Positions 1 through 10,450 of a stretch of DNA of 64,000 bases are shown here, piece by piece. Source of the stretch: Promethearchaeati archaeon (GTDB lineage: Archaea; Asgardarchaeota; Heimdallarchaeia; Heimdallarchaeales; Heimdallarchaeaceae); contig JABLTJ010000003.1 in the NCBI GenBank assembly GCA_013166775.1, positions 64,001 to 128,000 of the forward strand, given 5' to 3'. The notes under the pieces were generated by a model, which had not been told where the DNA came from, searched no databases, and saw nothing but the letters and a program-made list of their open reading frames with translations. Numbering within the stretch: the stretch's first letter is position 1; the number at the start of each line of letters is the position of its first letter. Both the position numbers and the translations under genes were made by a program.

Positions 1-305
1 CCAGCAACTATTAGTGAGATTTGAGCAACTAAGAGTAGTATTATGCTTATTGTTATGAGAACTGCAATTATTTTGCCCCTCTCCCATGGTTCATCAGAAT
101 CAAAACCTAGATTATAAGAAGCAAAAGCAATCCCAATAAAAGATATAATTATTGGAATAAAAAGTATTTGAATTGCAGAAATTCCAGAAATGCTAGTATC
201 TCGTAAACCATAAGAAAAAATTGCTAAAAGAACATAGAATGCTGAAATCATTAGACTTCCACTTGATATGAATTTAGCACTTTGAACTCTTTCCATCTTC
301 TTCAT
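1..305 (-). CDS. Membrane protein, partial (runs off window start)
   Basis: Manual translation from ATG at 305: MKKMERVQSAKFISSGSLMISAFYVLLAIFSYGL...; open to window edge, several hydrophobic segments. Confidence 0.7.
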   Translation of the reverse strand, partial: MKKMERVQSAKFISSGSLMISAFYVLLAIFSYGLRDTSISGISAIQILFIPIIISFIGIAFASYNLGFDSDEPWERGKIIAVLITISIILLLVAQISLIVA

Positions 306-321
306 CTCAGATAATATGATT

Positions 322-1005
322 CTAGATATTTTCCGTCTCTACTTCTTTCTCTTCCATCTCTATTCCATCTTCTTGAATGAATCCTTCCCTTAAAATCTTC
401 AGTGTAAATACTAATTCAAGATATCCTAAAATTAGTGCAAAAGAGGCAAGAAGGAAAACTACTAAAGCAGTATTTTCGATGCTAACAGGTAACGTCCTTG
501 GAAATACCCAATCTTTAGACCAAGCTGCTAAATATGGGTAGAATTGTATGAGATATCCAATTGAAATTAGAAATCTTCCCTTTCGATTGATTACATTGAT
601 TTTTTCCATGCTGTCAATTAATAGTTTAATATAAGCAAAACCAAATAAGAGTAAGATCAAATACACTAGAAGTAAAACTAATCTTATAAGAATAAGCGAT
701 TGCGTTATCCAATTTTCATCAATGAATATAAAGGAAAGAATAATTGTAACTATATCAACAATAGAAGCACCAAAAATTAGTACGGTGGATATTTTCCAGT
801 GAGTTAGTTGAGCATTCTCTTTTCCAATTCTAGTTAATCCAATACCGAATAGAATTAAAGCACAATCGAAAGCGATATCTATGATTACTACAACCAAAAA
901 TATATCGTGATAGAATGCACTCCCTAGTATTTTTCCCATTTGCAGTATTAATAGAACCCATGCAGTATAGAATAGATGATTAGATATATCTCTTGATATC
1001 TCCAT
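322..1005 (-). CDS. Multi-pass (about 6 TM) membrane protein, paralog of 1011..2018
   Basis: Hydrophobic ORF; ATG 1005 (MEISRD) avoids overlap with neighbour; shared motifs ALIxxGxxL and IGYL. Confidence 0.75.
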   Translation of the reverse strand: MEISRDISNHLFYTAWVLLILQMGKILGSAFYHDIFLVVVIIDIAFDCALILFGIGLTRIGKENAQLTHWKISTVLIFGASIVDIVTIILSFIFIDENWITQSLILIRLVLLLVYLILLLFGFAYIKLLIDSMEKINVINRKGRFLISIGYLIQFYPYLAAWSKDWVFPRTLPVSIENTALVVFLLASFALILGYLELVFTLKILREGFIQEDGIEMEEKEVETENI

Positions 1006-1010
1006 TTCAC

Positions 1011-2018
1011 TTACCTTTTTAGATATGGATTCTCTTCCCCACAATTTGCACAAAACATTGCGTCAACTTCAAGTTCCAGCCCACAATTTACACAAAACAT
1101 TTTCTTGACATCAGGTTCTTCTGCAAATTCAGTATCCTCTTCTTTTAGCCCTTCTTTTATAGGTTTTTGAGGTAAAACTGTTCCAAGAGTTTTCGAGTTT
1201 CGGAAAATACTTCCTCGAAATCCTTGTTGTCTTCTCTCTTGTGCTTGCTCTATAATCTGTTGTCTTCTTTCGAAATATTCCTCAGGAATTTTATCTAAAA
1301 CAGTAAATACTCTTCTCAGATACCAGAAACCGAGAACAAACATAACATCCTGCCCTATTTCAAGAAATGACATTATATAGTAGACTATTTCGTATCCTTC
1401 TTTTATCGTTAATCCACCTTCTACTGTCTCTACTAATATAGTATCAAGTGGAAAAACTGAGATTAGAATCAGATAAATAATTAGCATTAAGTAACCTATA
1501 GGGAGTGATGTTTGGCCTTTGTAGATGTTTCTCTTTTTAGCTACGTGAATATCCAATTCTCTTTTTAGTTGAATAAAACCTGCCAACATTAAAATTGCTG
1601 GAAGAAGAGAAATCATATTCAAGGTTAAATCTGGACTAGGCAAAGTAAAAACTTCCAAGAATACCAATCCAATAATCACCTGTATTGGAATTGCAATTGA
1701 TCCACCGATAATCATGAATAGACTACTTTGATACAGGGGTTGTTTCCATTTTGTATCTTTCTCTGTTCCTTGCTCTATTATTACAGTCGATCCTATTTCT
1801 ACAATCCCTGAGGTTTCCTCTTTATGGAAAAAGTATAAACTAACACCTAACCAAATAAGGGCTCCATTTAACACAATATTAAATCCCAATAATAACAATG
1901 CAATTGTTGTTAGCCTTTCTCCTGTTTGTAAAAATACTGCAAACATGCTTACTAATATTGATAGCACACAAGTAAGAGCAGCAAGTGTAATTCTTTTTCT
2001 GGAGATATCTGATATCAT
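1011..2018 (-). CDS. Multi-pass membrane protein with C-terminal zinc ribbon
   Basis: About 6 TM segments; C-terminal FCVNCG...FCANCG. Confidence 0.8.
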   Translation of the reverse strand: MISDISRKRITLAALTCVLSILVSMFAVFLQTGERLTTIALLLLGFNIVLNGALIWLGVSLYFFHKEETSGIVEIGSTVIIEQGTEKDTKWKQPLYQSSLFMIIGGSIAIPIQVIIGLVFLEVFTLPSPDLTLNMISLLPAILMLAGFIQLKRELDIHVAKKRNIYKGQTSLPIGYLMLIIYLILISVFPLDTILVETVEGGLTIKEGYEIVYYIMSFLEIGQDVMFVLGFWYLRRVFTVLDKIPEEYFERRQQIIEQAQERRQQGFRGSIFRNSKTLGTVLPQKPIKEGLKEEDTEFAEEPDVKKMFCVNCGLELEVDAMFCANCGEENPYLKR

Positions 2019-2154
2019 CTAAATATTCCATTTTCACCTAATATATAAATCTGCGGAGATATGTCAGATTGTGCTATAAGAAAGGCATGAATAACTGAAT
2101 TCATGACTTTAATAAAAAGGAAAGTATATAAATTCCTCCAGAAATGAATAGCTA

Positions 2155-2661
2155 ATGAGGCTTTCCTCAGCACTATCATTACTAGCATGTATAATGGGTT
2201 TTCTAAGTTTGTTATTACCTGTTCTTATTTCAGGAACTGATTACGTTCTGACCTGGATAGATTTACAAGAATCACCTCCTTTGTGGTTTTATGTTGCTGC
2301 TACATTTTGGGTTGCTGCTCAAGACATAGGTCTTTTAAATGGAATCACATTTATCAGAAGAACAGATTATAGAATTTTCAGAGCTATGTTGATTGCAATT
2401 GCAATTGCTATGTCTTATTCTCTTGAAATTTCAGTTAATGTTAATATCTCTGCTACTCCATATTGGTATCAAAGCCTTCTCTTTCAAGTACCTTCTAATG
2501 CTTTTATTGAGGATCGAATAAGAATAGGATATCATGTTATACGATTATGTAGATTGATTCTTATTTTTGGTTTTCTCGAAGCTCTCATAGAAAAAAATCC
2601 CAGAAGAACTAGACAAAAAATGCACAAAGAAGTTCATGAATCAGTGAAAAGTACTGATTAA
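2155..2661 (+). CDS. Hypothetical membrane protein
   Basis: 168-aa hydrophobic ORF. Confidence 0.6.
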   Translation: MRLSSALSLLACIMGFLSLLLPVLISGTDYVLTWIDLQESPPLWFYVAATFWVAAQDIGLLNGITFIRRTDYRIFRAMLIAIAIAMSYSLEISVNVNISATPYWYQSLLFQVPSNAFIEDRIRIGYHVIRLCRLILIFGFLEALIEKNPRRTRQKMHKEVHESVKSTD

Positions 2662-2736
2662 ATTAAGCCTTAAGGAAAACAGTTTTATTCATTCTTTTCC
2701 ATTTAAGAAACAATCAGATTATGATTTGTTGATAAT

Positions 2737-3801
2737 ATGACATCAGCATTATTCGTTCCTTATATCTCTTTAATGGTTTTAGATGAAACAGGAATGTCAT
2801 TGAGGTGTCATGTTCCAATTCCAGATGTTCCAGTAGAAGAAATAATGGGAATAGGAAATTTTTATAGTACAGTAATTTCAGCATCATCCCCAAATTTAGA
2901 AATCTATGGACCTTTACCAATCCCTCATTTTGGTAATTATCATTTATTAATTGTATCTTTTCGAAAATATGATTCTAGAGTTAAAGATCCTCGAGCTATG
3001 TTTAATGAAAAACTAGCAATGTGTCAGTTGTTAATTTTCTATGATAAAAACTGCGATCAAATAGTGAAATACGGACATTCACAAATTTACTTTACTATAG
3101 ATCAATTTCTTAACCAGTTTGAAGATGTAAAAGAAATAACTGATGAAAATATGGTTAAGCTCAGCGAAGAGCTAATTGAAAATGTATTGCTTGATGACCA
3201 AATAAAAGCAAAAAGTATTGAAGATATAGTGAGAGATATTGCTTCTAGATTTAATACCATTCAGCAAGTTTCTCACTTACTAAATCGAAGAACAAAAATA
3301 GGCATAGTTACTTCAGATTCCCTCTCCTACAACTTGATTATTCAAGCATTGTTCCACTTTCAAAATATTGATTTTATCTATCAATTAGATAGGAATGAGT
3401 ACATTACGAGGATAGACACATACTTCATGAGGATTGTATTAACTTTACTTTTTGATTTGGAAAAAATCGCAGGCCAAGATTATTTCCGAGAAATAGATTA
3501 CTACATTTATTTAGCATCTTGTGAGGATGAGGAAAGTACAAAACGACATCTTGAAAATATCCATTCTCTGATGGAAAGTGACCCAAAAGCTATTATTCAT
3601 TTTGTTACAACAGAACGAGCAGAAGAGTTGAATTTAACGATTAAGAAAACACTTTACAATGAAACAGAAAGGAAAAAGAACCTAAAACTAATGATTTCAA
3701 TAGGAGATGTTTTCAGAACCTTAGACAATTCGATTTATCTAATTTTAAATGATATACTTGAGCTAAGAAACATACTGCTAAGCAAAGCAGCAAAATCATA
3801 A
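2737..3801 (+). CDS. Hypothetical protein; possible longin/uDENN-like N-terminus plus degenerate small-GTPase-like C-terminus
   Basis: YGPLPIP...VKDPR segment; C-terminal KIGIV...AGQDYF...YYIYLASCEDEES. Confidence 0.5.
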   Translation: MTSALFVPYISLMVLDETGMSLRCHVPIPDVPVEEIMGIGNFYSTVISASSPNLEIYGPLPIPHFGNYHLLIVSFRKYDSRVKDPRAMFNEKLAMCQLLIFYDKNCDQIVKYGHSQIYFTIDQFLNQFEDVKEITDENMVKLSEELIENVLLDDQIKAKSIEDIVRDIASRFNTIQQVSHLLNRRTKIGIVTSDSLSYNLIIQALFHFQNIDFIYQLDRNEYITRIDTYFMRIVLTLLFDLEKIAGQDYFREIDYYIYLASCEDEESTKRHLENIHSLMESDPKAIIHFVTTERAEELNLTIKKTLYNETERKKNLKLMISIGDVFRTLDNSIYLILNDILELRNILLSKAAKS

Positions 3802-3814
3802 TATTTCTTTCTGT

Positions 3815-4663
3815 TTAGGGGTCAATTTCAGGTATCGCTGATATTATTTGAGCATTTAATCCCACTCTACTCCCTACTACAGGACCCATAAAATTCACGA
3901 AAGATTTGCTAATGTTTAATTTCTCTTTCACTTGATTTTTTAACTCATTAGCAGTTTTTTCATCATTTGCATGGGTTGAGAATAAGGTGTAGGAAACAGA
4001 TTTTTCTGCCCTTCTTACAACTTCAGCAATAATTCTTTTCTTTGCGTTTTTCAGACTTATTACTTTAGCAAGTGGTACTAGTTCTCCATCGTCTATGACA
4101 ACCATAGGTTTCATTTGACCAAGATTTGCGATAAATTCTGAAGTTCTACTAATCCTACCAGATTTTGCTAGCATCCTTAGGTTCTCCATATACGCAACTA
4201 AGATAACTTTTTCCCTAATTTTCTCCATGAATTCGAATGTTTCATCTAAATTGAAACCTTTGTTTAAGATTTCTCTGAATTTAATTGCTAACAAACCTTC
4301 TGCTCCTGAAGCCAGTCATGAGTCAAGAATCTTCACATCATCGGGATAAAACTTTCTTGCTGCAACCTTCGCTTGATCATGTGTATTTGATAATTTACTT
4401 GAAAGTGTGACAACAACTACTTTATCATAACCATTCTGTAGATTAGTATCAAAAGCTTCTTTCCAGTGTGCAAAATTCGGGGAGGAACTAACAGGTAATG
4501 AATGCTCATTGATTTTATCGTAATATTGTTCTGGGGTGATGACAACTCTATCTTTCAGTACTTTATCAAGCTCAATATTAAGAGGAATCATCCCAATATC
4601 ATATTTTTCCATTGCTTCGTTGGTAAGATCTCCACAACTATCAGCTATAATTTTAATCTTCAT
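3815..4663 (-). pseudogene. DegV/FakB fatty-acid-binding protein interrupted by one in-frame TGA (4316-4318)
   Basis: Both track ORFs share one frame: ...KILDS*LASGAEGLLAIKF...; DegV motifs IIADSCGDL, LSSKLSNT, KSGRIS, GPVVGSRVG. Confidence 0.85.
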
Positions 4664-4781
4664 CGAGCAAAAAAATATTTAGAGAATTATTAACTTTTCT
4701 AGACAGTTAGATTACAAACAATTGTATTCACTATTTGGTTTTTTTAGAATTATTTATTAAGAATAGAGGTTTGGTTTCATC

Positions 4782-5615
4782 ATGGATAAGGACTTTATCA
4801 AGGTTTTAAGTAAACCTGAGATATATATTCATCATAGATACCTACCAGCATTGGAAGATAAATTTCAAAATCGAACAATAGTGATGATTCCAGGTTGGCT
4901 AGATACACTTGAGAGAAGAATGGCTCTAGTAGAGGAATTCAGGAAAATAGCTAACATAGTTATTTACGAAGCTCGAGGTTTCGGAAAATCAACAGGTCCT
5001 AAAAAACGTGGTCTTTATACTAATCAAATGTTACTCGATGAATTTCAATTAGTTCTTCAGCACCATAATCTATCTGGTACTGACTTTTATATCTGGGGAA
5101 CAAGCTTCAGTACTTCGTTGATTCTCCAATATTCTATTGAGAAAAGGGAACCAAAACCAAAAGCTCTATTAGTCGCTAGCTCTGTTTCCAAATTCAAAAC
5201 AAAATGGTGGTTTGATGTACTTAATATTATGCCGTTCTTCATGCTCAAATTCTTTGTGAAAATAGTTCTTTTCTTCCTTCGAAGAAATCTAAAGAAAAAA
5301 CAACCTGATGATGAAGAAAACATAGATTATGCTGATCAACGTTTCAAAGAAGTTAATCTCTATGCACAAATCAGAGTGTTAATTGAAGCAATGCACAAGT
5401 TTGACATTCGAGGGAAAGAAGATGAAATCAAGCAACCAATGCTTATTTTTACTGCGGAAAAAGATTGGTTTACAGATCCTGATATCTCTAAATCTTTTGC
5501 AAATTATAATCCAAAATCCAAAACTATTAGCTTAGGAAAATCACATCGTGTAGTTACAACTGGAGAAGAAATTATAAAAGAACATGTCTTAAATTTCATA
5601 AACAGCATCAGTTAA
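4782..5615 (+). CDS. Alpha/beta fold hydrolase
   Basis: IPGW, YEARGFGKS, elbow GTSFS, AEKD, C-terminal His. Confidence 0.85.
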   Translation: MDKDFIKVLSKPEIYIHHRYLPALEDKFQNRTIVMIPGWLDTLERRMALVEEFRKIANIVIYEARGFGKSTGPKKRGLYTNQMLLDEFQLVLQHHNLSGTDFYIWGTSFSTSLILQYSIEKREPKPKALLVASSVSKFKTKWWFDVLNIMPFFMLKFFVKIVLFFLRRNLKKKQPDDEENIDYADQRFKEVNLYAQIRVLIEAMHKFDIRGKEDEIKQPMLIFTAEKDWFTDPDISKSFANYNPKSKTISLGKSHRVVTTGEEIIKEHVLNFINSIS

Positions 5616-5689
5616 CTTCGTTTGTTTGTAAATTCAGTTGTAATCTTAAGAATCAATAAGATTTTTATTTTAATAACACATAATCATAC

Positions 5690-7639
5690 TTGATTTATAT
5701 GGTCGTTTTCGAAGTAAATGAAGTAACATTATACAAAATGGGAGTTGGATGGTTATCTTCCAAAGCTTCTTTCACAGACAAAGAGGTATTATTTCCTGTT
5801 CTCGTTAAAAACCAAGATGATTTCCTGAAAACATTCAAAGTTGAAGTTGAAGGAGATGCTCTTCTATCCTCAATTGCTTTTGATACTGATATTGCAAAGG
5901 ATTTGGAGTTACATTACGATGGTAATGCATTAACTTCTCTATTTGAGCTTCTTTCTGGATCATCAGTTGAGCTTGAAACAAAAGATGAGAAGAAATTGAT
6001 AGGACAACTAATAGGCTATCAAGAGCTTGAAACTTCAAGTGATTCCGATGTTCCGAATCTAGAAATTGTTTTAGTAACAAAAGATAAGAAAATTCTTCAT
6101 TTGAATTCAAATGATTTACAAAGTATCATTCCAATTGAGGAATTTTATCAAAAATCTCTTTTAGATCAAATGGAAATCTTATCTAAGAGCAAGAAAGAAG
6201 ATGTCAAGAATTTAAAAATCTCTTTCACAGATGAAGGAGAGAAAGTTGTTACAGTATCTTATTTGACTGATTTACCTGCATGGCAATCATCGTACAGAAT
6301 CTATTCCCTTGATAAAGAAAATGCTGTTTTTGAATTGTGGAGTATTGTTACAAATAACAGTCAACAAGATTGGATAGATGCTGAACTGAGTTTGATAACT
6401 GGATTACCTATCTCATTTAGATATGATATTAGTTCTCCTTGGATAATTCAACGACCTTATGTTAAAAGACCTAATCAAATGGGAATTAGAGTAATGACTC
6501 CTGAAGCTGAATATGAAGAGTTAGCAGAGCCTTTAGCTCCAATGCCAGTTGCAGCAGCTCCAAGGAGAGTTAAGAAAATGGCAGCAAGAGCTATGGCTGA
6601 TATAGAATCGGGGGGATATATTGATGACGAATCCTATGAATATGGAATTGGAGCAGCTGAATCAGCAGAAGTTATAACTACAACTGAGAGTGTTTCATTC
6701 AGTCTCAAGCAACCTGTGACCATTAAGAAAGGGGAATCAGCTCTGTTGTTATTGCATTCAATGAACATTCCAAAGGAAACAATAAATATCTTCAACAAAC
6801 AACAACATGCATCTCATCCTTTCAAAGCTATTGAAGTTGAAAATGTTACTGGATATGGTTGGGAAGAAGGTCCAGTAACTATTTATGAAAAAGGTAGCTA
6901 TGCAGGAGAATCAATGATGAAACGAGTTTCAAAAGGAGATAAACAAATTATCCCCTATCTTGTGGAACAGGATATAATTATCATACAAGATGAGTCTTCT
7001 TCAACTAAGAAAATAGGCATTTCTCTTTCAGGACAATATTATGTTGAGACATATCTCAATAAGAAGATATTCAAACTTGAAATAGATAACAAGAGCGACC
7101 AAGAGAAGGTAATCATTTGCGAAATTCCTAAACAGTATGGTTTCGAATTGGATGAAAAGAAATTGAAGATTGAGACAAAAGAAACTCCTAATTATTTCAG
7201 AGCTAGATTAGTAGTTAATCAGAAATCACTCACTAAATTACAGATTCCAATCCAAAAGAAGACATCTGAGAGTGTTTCGATTGCATCAATCTCTGATGAG
7301 TATCTTGAAGATTTAATAAAATTGGAAACTATAACTGAAAAACAAGCTTCAATTCTTAAGAAGATTAAACAAACAAGAATAGAGAAGAAACAGATAAATG
7401 AACAAATCAATCTTGAACAAACTAATCTTAACAGAATCGACCAAGAATACCAAAGAATAACTTCATCGATAGAAGTGCTTACAAGTCAAGGAGAAGAAGG
7501 AAAAACTAGAGCAAAATACGTCGAAAGAATGAATAATCTTTTTGAAACAATGGAGAATAAAAGACACTCAATTGAAGAACTTCAAGAAAGAATAAAAACA
7601 ATAGATGAAGAGATATACAAGCTACTAGATAAACTCTAA
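5690..7639 (+). CDS. DUF4139-like protein with C-terminal coiled coil
   Basis: VTLYKMGVG, SYLTDLPAWQSSYRI, NNSQQDWIDAELSLITGLPISF. Confidence 0.7.
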   Translation: MIYMVVFEVNEVTLYKMGVGWLSSKASFTDKEVLFPVLVKNQDDFLKTFKVEVEGDALLSSIAFDTDIAKDLELHYDGNALTSLFELLSGSSVELETKDEKKLIGQLIGYQELETSSDSDVPNLEIVLVTKDKKILHLNSNDLQSIIPIEEFYQKSLLDQMEILSKSKKEDVKNLKISFTDEGEKVVTVSYLTDLPAWQSSYRIYSLDKENAVFELWSIVTNNSQQDWIDAELSLITGLPISFRYDISSPWIIQRPYVKRPNQMGIRVMTPEAEYEELAEPLAPMPVAAAPRRVKKMAARAMADIESGGYIDDESYEYGIGAAESAEVITTTESVSFSLKQPVTIKKGESALLLLHSMNIPKETINIFNKQQHASHPFKAIEVENVTGYGWEEGPVTIYEKGSYAGESMMKRVSKGDKQIIPYLVEQDIIIIQDESSSTKKIGISLSGQYYVETYLNKKIFKLEIDNKSDQEKVIICEIPKQYGFELDEKKLKIETKETPNYFRARLVVNQKSLTKLQIPIQKKTSESVSIASISDEYLEDLIKLETITEKQASILKKIKQTRIEKKQINEQINLEQTNLNRIDQEYQRITSSIEVLTSQGEEGKTRAKYVERMNNLFETMENKRHSIEELQERIKTIDEEIYKLLDKL

Positions 7640-7700
7640 CTTATCTTTTTCCATATTTTTTTTAACTATCCAATCAACCACTATTATATGAAAATCAAGA

Positions 7701-7802
7701 ATTTCTTCAGAAGATTTACCAAAATATACATACACGGAATCCCATAGTTACAGAAGACAAACAATTGAACGTTCTTATGAAGTTATCAGTGATAAAAGCT
7801 GA
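7701..7802 (+). pseudogene. Possible C-terminal relic of an MBL-hydrolase paralog
   Basis: DLPKYTY...IERSYEVI resembles DFPEFPY...LERCFDVI at the end of 7855..8715. Confidence 0.4.
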
Positions 7803-7854
7803 AATATAAAAAATTTTCACTAAAAAACTTTTTATTACCCTTTTTTATTTTAAT

Positions 7855-8715
7855 ATGATACATATGTTTGATTTAGAACAAGTCTCTGAAAATGTATGGG
7901 CTCACACAAAGGGAGAGACAAGAGGAAATGTTGCATTTATCAGATTGAAGCAAAGCGGAATCATGGTTGATACAGGGATGGATCCAAAAACTGCTAAAAT
8001 AGCGAGAGATGCAGCTGAAAAAGAAATGGAAGTTCCGATCAAGTATCTAGTTATTACTCACCATCACGGTGATCATGTATTTGGTAATCAAGTACTGGAA
8101 GACTGTGAGATAATCTCTTCAAAAGACATGAAAGAAATAATGGAGGAACAAGTTTCTACAACTTGGACTAAAGAAAAGCTTGAGGAGAGAATGGAACAAG
8201 TTCCGGAATTCAAGGATAAATGGGATGATTTGCGATTTGTTCTGCCTACTACTACATTTGAAGGAGAATATACTATTGAGGAAGAAGGAGTAAAAGTTGA
8301 AATTGTACAAACAAATGGTCATACAAGAGGAAGTAGTTATTTATACATACCAAACGATAATATAGTTATAACAGGAGATTTGCTCTTTGCTGAAACTTTT
8401 CCATATGGGGGAGATCCTTCAGTAGATCCATATTTGTGGATAGATGCATATACTCAGATGATTTATTTGAACCCAGTTAAAGTGGTTCCAGGTCATGGTC
8501 CGATAACATTCAAAGAAGAACTTGAAATACAACAAAAATACCTAGAAATGTTAGTGAAAAAAATTGAGGATCTTGTTGTTGATGGATTGACCAAAGAAGA
8601 AGTTCTTGAGAGAACAGATTTTCCTGAATTTCCCTACGAAGTAGATCCAAATCGATTAAAATCAATGTTAGAAAGATGCTTCGACGTAATTAAAGAAGCT
8701 GTAGAAAGCTATTAG
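7855..8715 (+). CDS. MBL-fold metallo-hydrolase (cyclase-like)
   Basis: THHHGDH, GHT, TGD, PGHG motifs. Confidence 0.9.
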   Translation: MIHMFDLEQVSENVWAHTKGETRGNVAFIRLKQSGIMVDTGMDPKTAKIARDAAEKEMEVPIKYLVITHHHGDHVFGNQVLEDCEIISSKDMKEIMEEQVSTTWTKEKLEERMEQVPEFKDKWDDLRFVLPTTTFEGEYTIEEEGVKVEIVQTNGHTRGSSYLYIPNDNIVITGDLLFAETFPYGGDPSVDPYLWIDAYTQMIYLNPVKVVPGHGPITFKEELEIQQKYLEMLVKKIEDLVVDGLTKEEVLERTDFPEFPYEVDPNRLKSMLERCFDVIKEAVESY

Positions 8716-8757
8716 AATGAAATATGTGTGAAAAATTGATAAAGACATTTAATTTTC

Positions 8758-9480
8758 TCATAATCTTCCTTTTAGCCAAGAATCAATCGTTTCAAACATC
8801 TGTTGTCTCCCTGCATCTTTGGGAATTACATGACCACCATTTTCAATCCAAACTAGCTGTCTGTCTGTTGTATTGACATTACTGTAAATCAACTTAGCAT
8901 GTTTGTCAGGTACACTAAGATCTTTCTTACTTTGTATAATCAAGATGGGGACTTGAATGTTTTTTACTTGCTTCTTAGTTTCTTTCAACATTTTATATAA
9001 CTCACTTACACTCTTTATTGGATAATGCTCGTAGCTTTTGTGAGTAGATAGAGCTTCTAAATCTTCCCATCCACTTTCTTCATTTTTGTACCTTGGATAG
9101 ACATAATGAACTAATGGAATTGATAAGAGGTGCATACGCCAATCTGGTGCTTTGTAAACAGGAGCTAAAGTGATAATTCCTGCAACATCTTTATTCCTTG
9201 CTCCTAAAAGTAAGGTTATTGTTCCTCCCATAGATAATCCAACAACGAAAACTTTCTTACACTTATTACTTAATTCATCCAATTTTAATTGAGCAAATTC
9301 TACCCAATCAGTCCATTTTTTTGTAGTTAAATCTTCTTCCGTAGTTTCATGTCCTGGTAGTGTAATATTTCGAACAGAGAATCCTCTGTCTGTTAAGAAT
9401 TCTTCAAGAGGGATCATTTCAAAATGAGTTCCTGTAAAACCATGAATGAGTAAAAATCCTATTTTTTCATTAGAAGACAT
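8758..9480 (-). CDS. Carboxylesterase / monoacylglycerol lipase-like alpha/beta hydrolase
   Basis: HGFTG, GLSMGG, KDLSV, GGHVI; start moved to MSSNEK. Confidence 0.9.
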   Translation of the reverse strand: MSSNEKIGFLLIHGFTGTHFEMIPLEEFLTDRGFSVRNITLPGHETTEEDLTTKKWTDWVEFAQLKLDELSNKCKKVFVVGLSMGGTITLLLGARNKDVAGIITLAPVYKAPDWRMHLLSIPLVHYVYPRYKNEESGWEDLEALSTHKSYEHYPIKSVSELYKMLKETKKQVKNIQVPILIIQSKKDLSVPDKHAKLIYSNVNTTDRQLVWIENGGHVIPKDAGRQQMFETIDSWLKGRL

Positions 9481-9582
9481 TTGAATCGTGCTTAAATTTA
9501 GACAAATTTCATTCTTTAAAAATATTATAGTTTTAGAGTGTTTATCAGAAAAATTCAATAAGAGGTTAAACAAATTATCCTT

Positions 9583-10167
9583 GTGTTAGATTATTTGTGG
9601 TTTTGGTCAATAATCGTATTCTTCTCAGCTGTGTTAGTCGTATGGTTAATATTTTCCATATATAGAGGAATAAGACATGAAGTATTTCTGGTTGTAAGCT
9701 TTATTTTCTTGATAATAGCTTTGAGTGTCCCTGAAACTGCAGGTAGCTATGGTAGACTAGATTATTACACTCTGATTTCCATAATTCTAGCATCAATCGG
9801 ATTTACCTCCATTTTTGTGGGTGCTCTTTCTACTGGAAGAAGATGGGTAAAAAGAAGAGGAACAGCAAATCTTAACAAATTCACGAATTTGTTGTTTTTT
9901 GCCTATTTTAGACATCCAATAACTTTTGGATGCATGCTTATCTCATTTTCTACAATCTTCTTAATTAGTTCTATAGTCTCCAATGTTCTTGCAGTTGTTG
10001 CTATTTTATCTTTTGTCTTATCCTCATTTGAGAGAGACGTCTTTTTACAGAAAGCTTACGGGTATCCTTACAAATTTTACATGAAAAAAGTTCCACGATT
10101 TAATATATTTCATGGAATCTTAAGATCAATCCTAGTAAGAAAAAAGGAAATAGAAACAGAAGAATGA
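9583..10167 (+). CDS. ICMT/PEMT-family membrane methyltransferase-like protein
   Basis: TM helices, YFRHPITFG, YGYPYKFYMKKVPRF. Confidence 0.7.
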   Translation: MLDYLWFWSIIVFFSAVLVVWLIFSIYRGIRHEVFLVVSFIFLIIALSVPETAGSYGRLDYYTLISIILASIGFTSIFVGALSTGRRWVKRRGTANLNKFTNLLFFAYFRHPITFGCMLISFSTIFLISSIVSNVLAVVAILSFVLSSFERDVFLQKAYGYPYKFYMKKVPRFNIFHGILRSILVRKKEIETEE

Positions 10168-10247
10168 TTCCTAGATAGGTCTGCGTTTTCTTTGTGAATC
10201 AGAAATACATAATTTATTTCTCTCAAAGTACCTTCAGAGGAATCCAA

Positions 10248-10382
10248 ATGGAAGAAGATTTACTAGGAATACCTATGATAGGAGAGAAAATACTATGTTT
10301 TACTATACAGACACCGCATGGAAAAATGATTTTTCCAAAAGATATGAAAGAGAGTTGGTGGGTACTATTTCAAAGATATTGA
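10248..10382 (+). pseudogene. N-terminal fragment of an archaeal peroxiredoxin
   Basis: IPMIGEK...QTPHGKMIFPKDMKESWWVLF matches the Prx N-terminus; ends before the peroxidatic motif. Confidence 0.65.
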
Positions 10383-10450
10383 GGAATGAATACCTCAATC
10401 TTTTTCATTTTATAGAAAAGAAATAAGAACCCCCATACTTAATTTAGATT

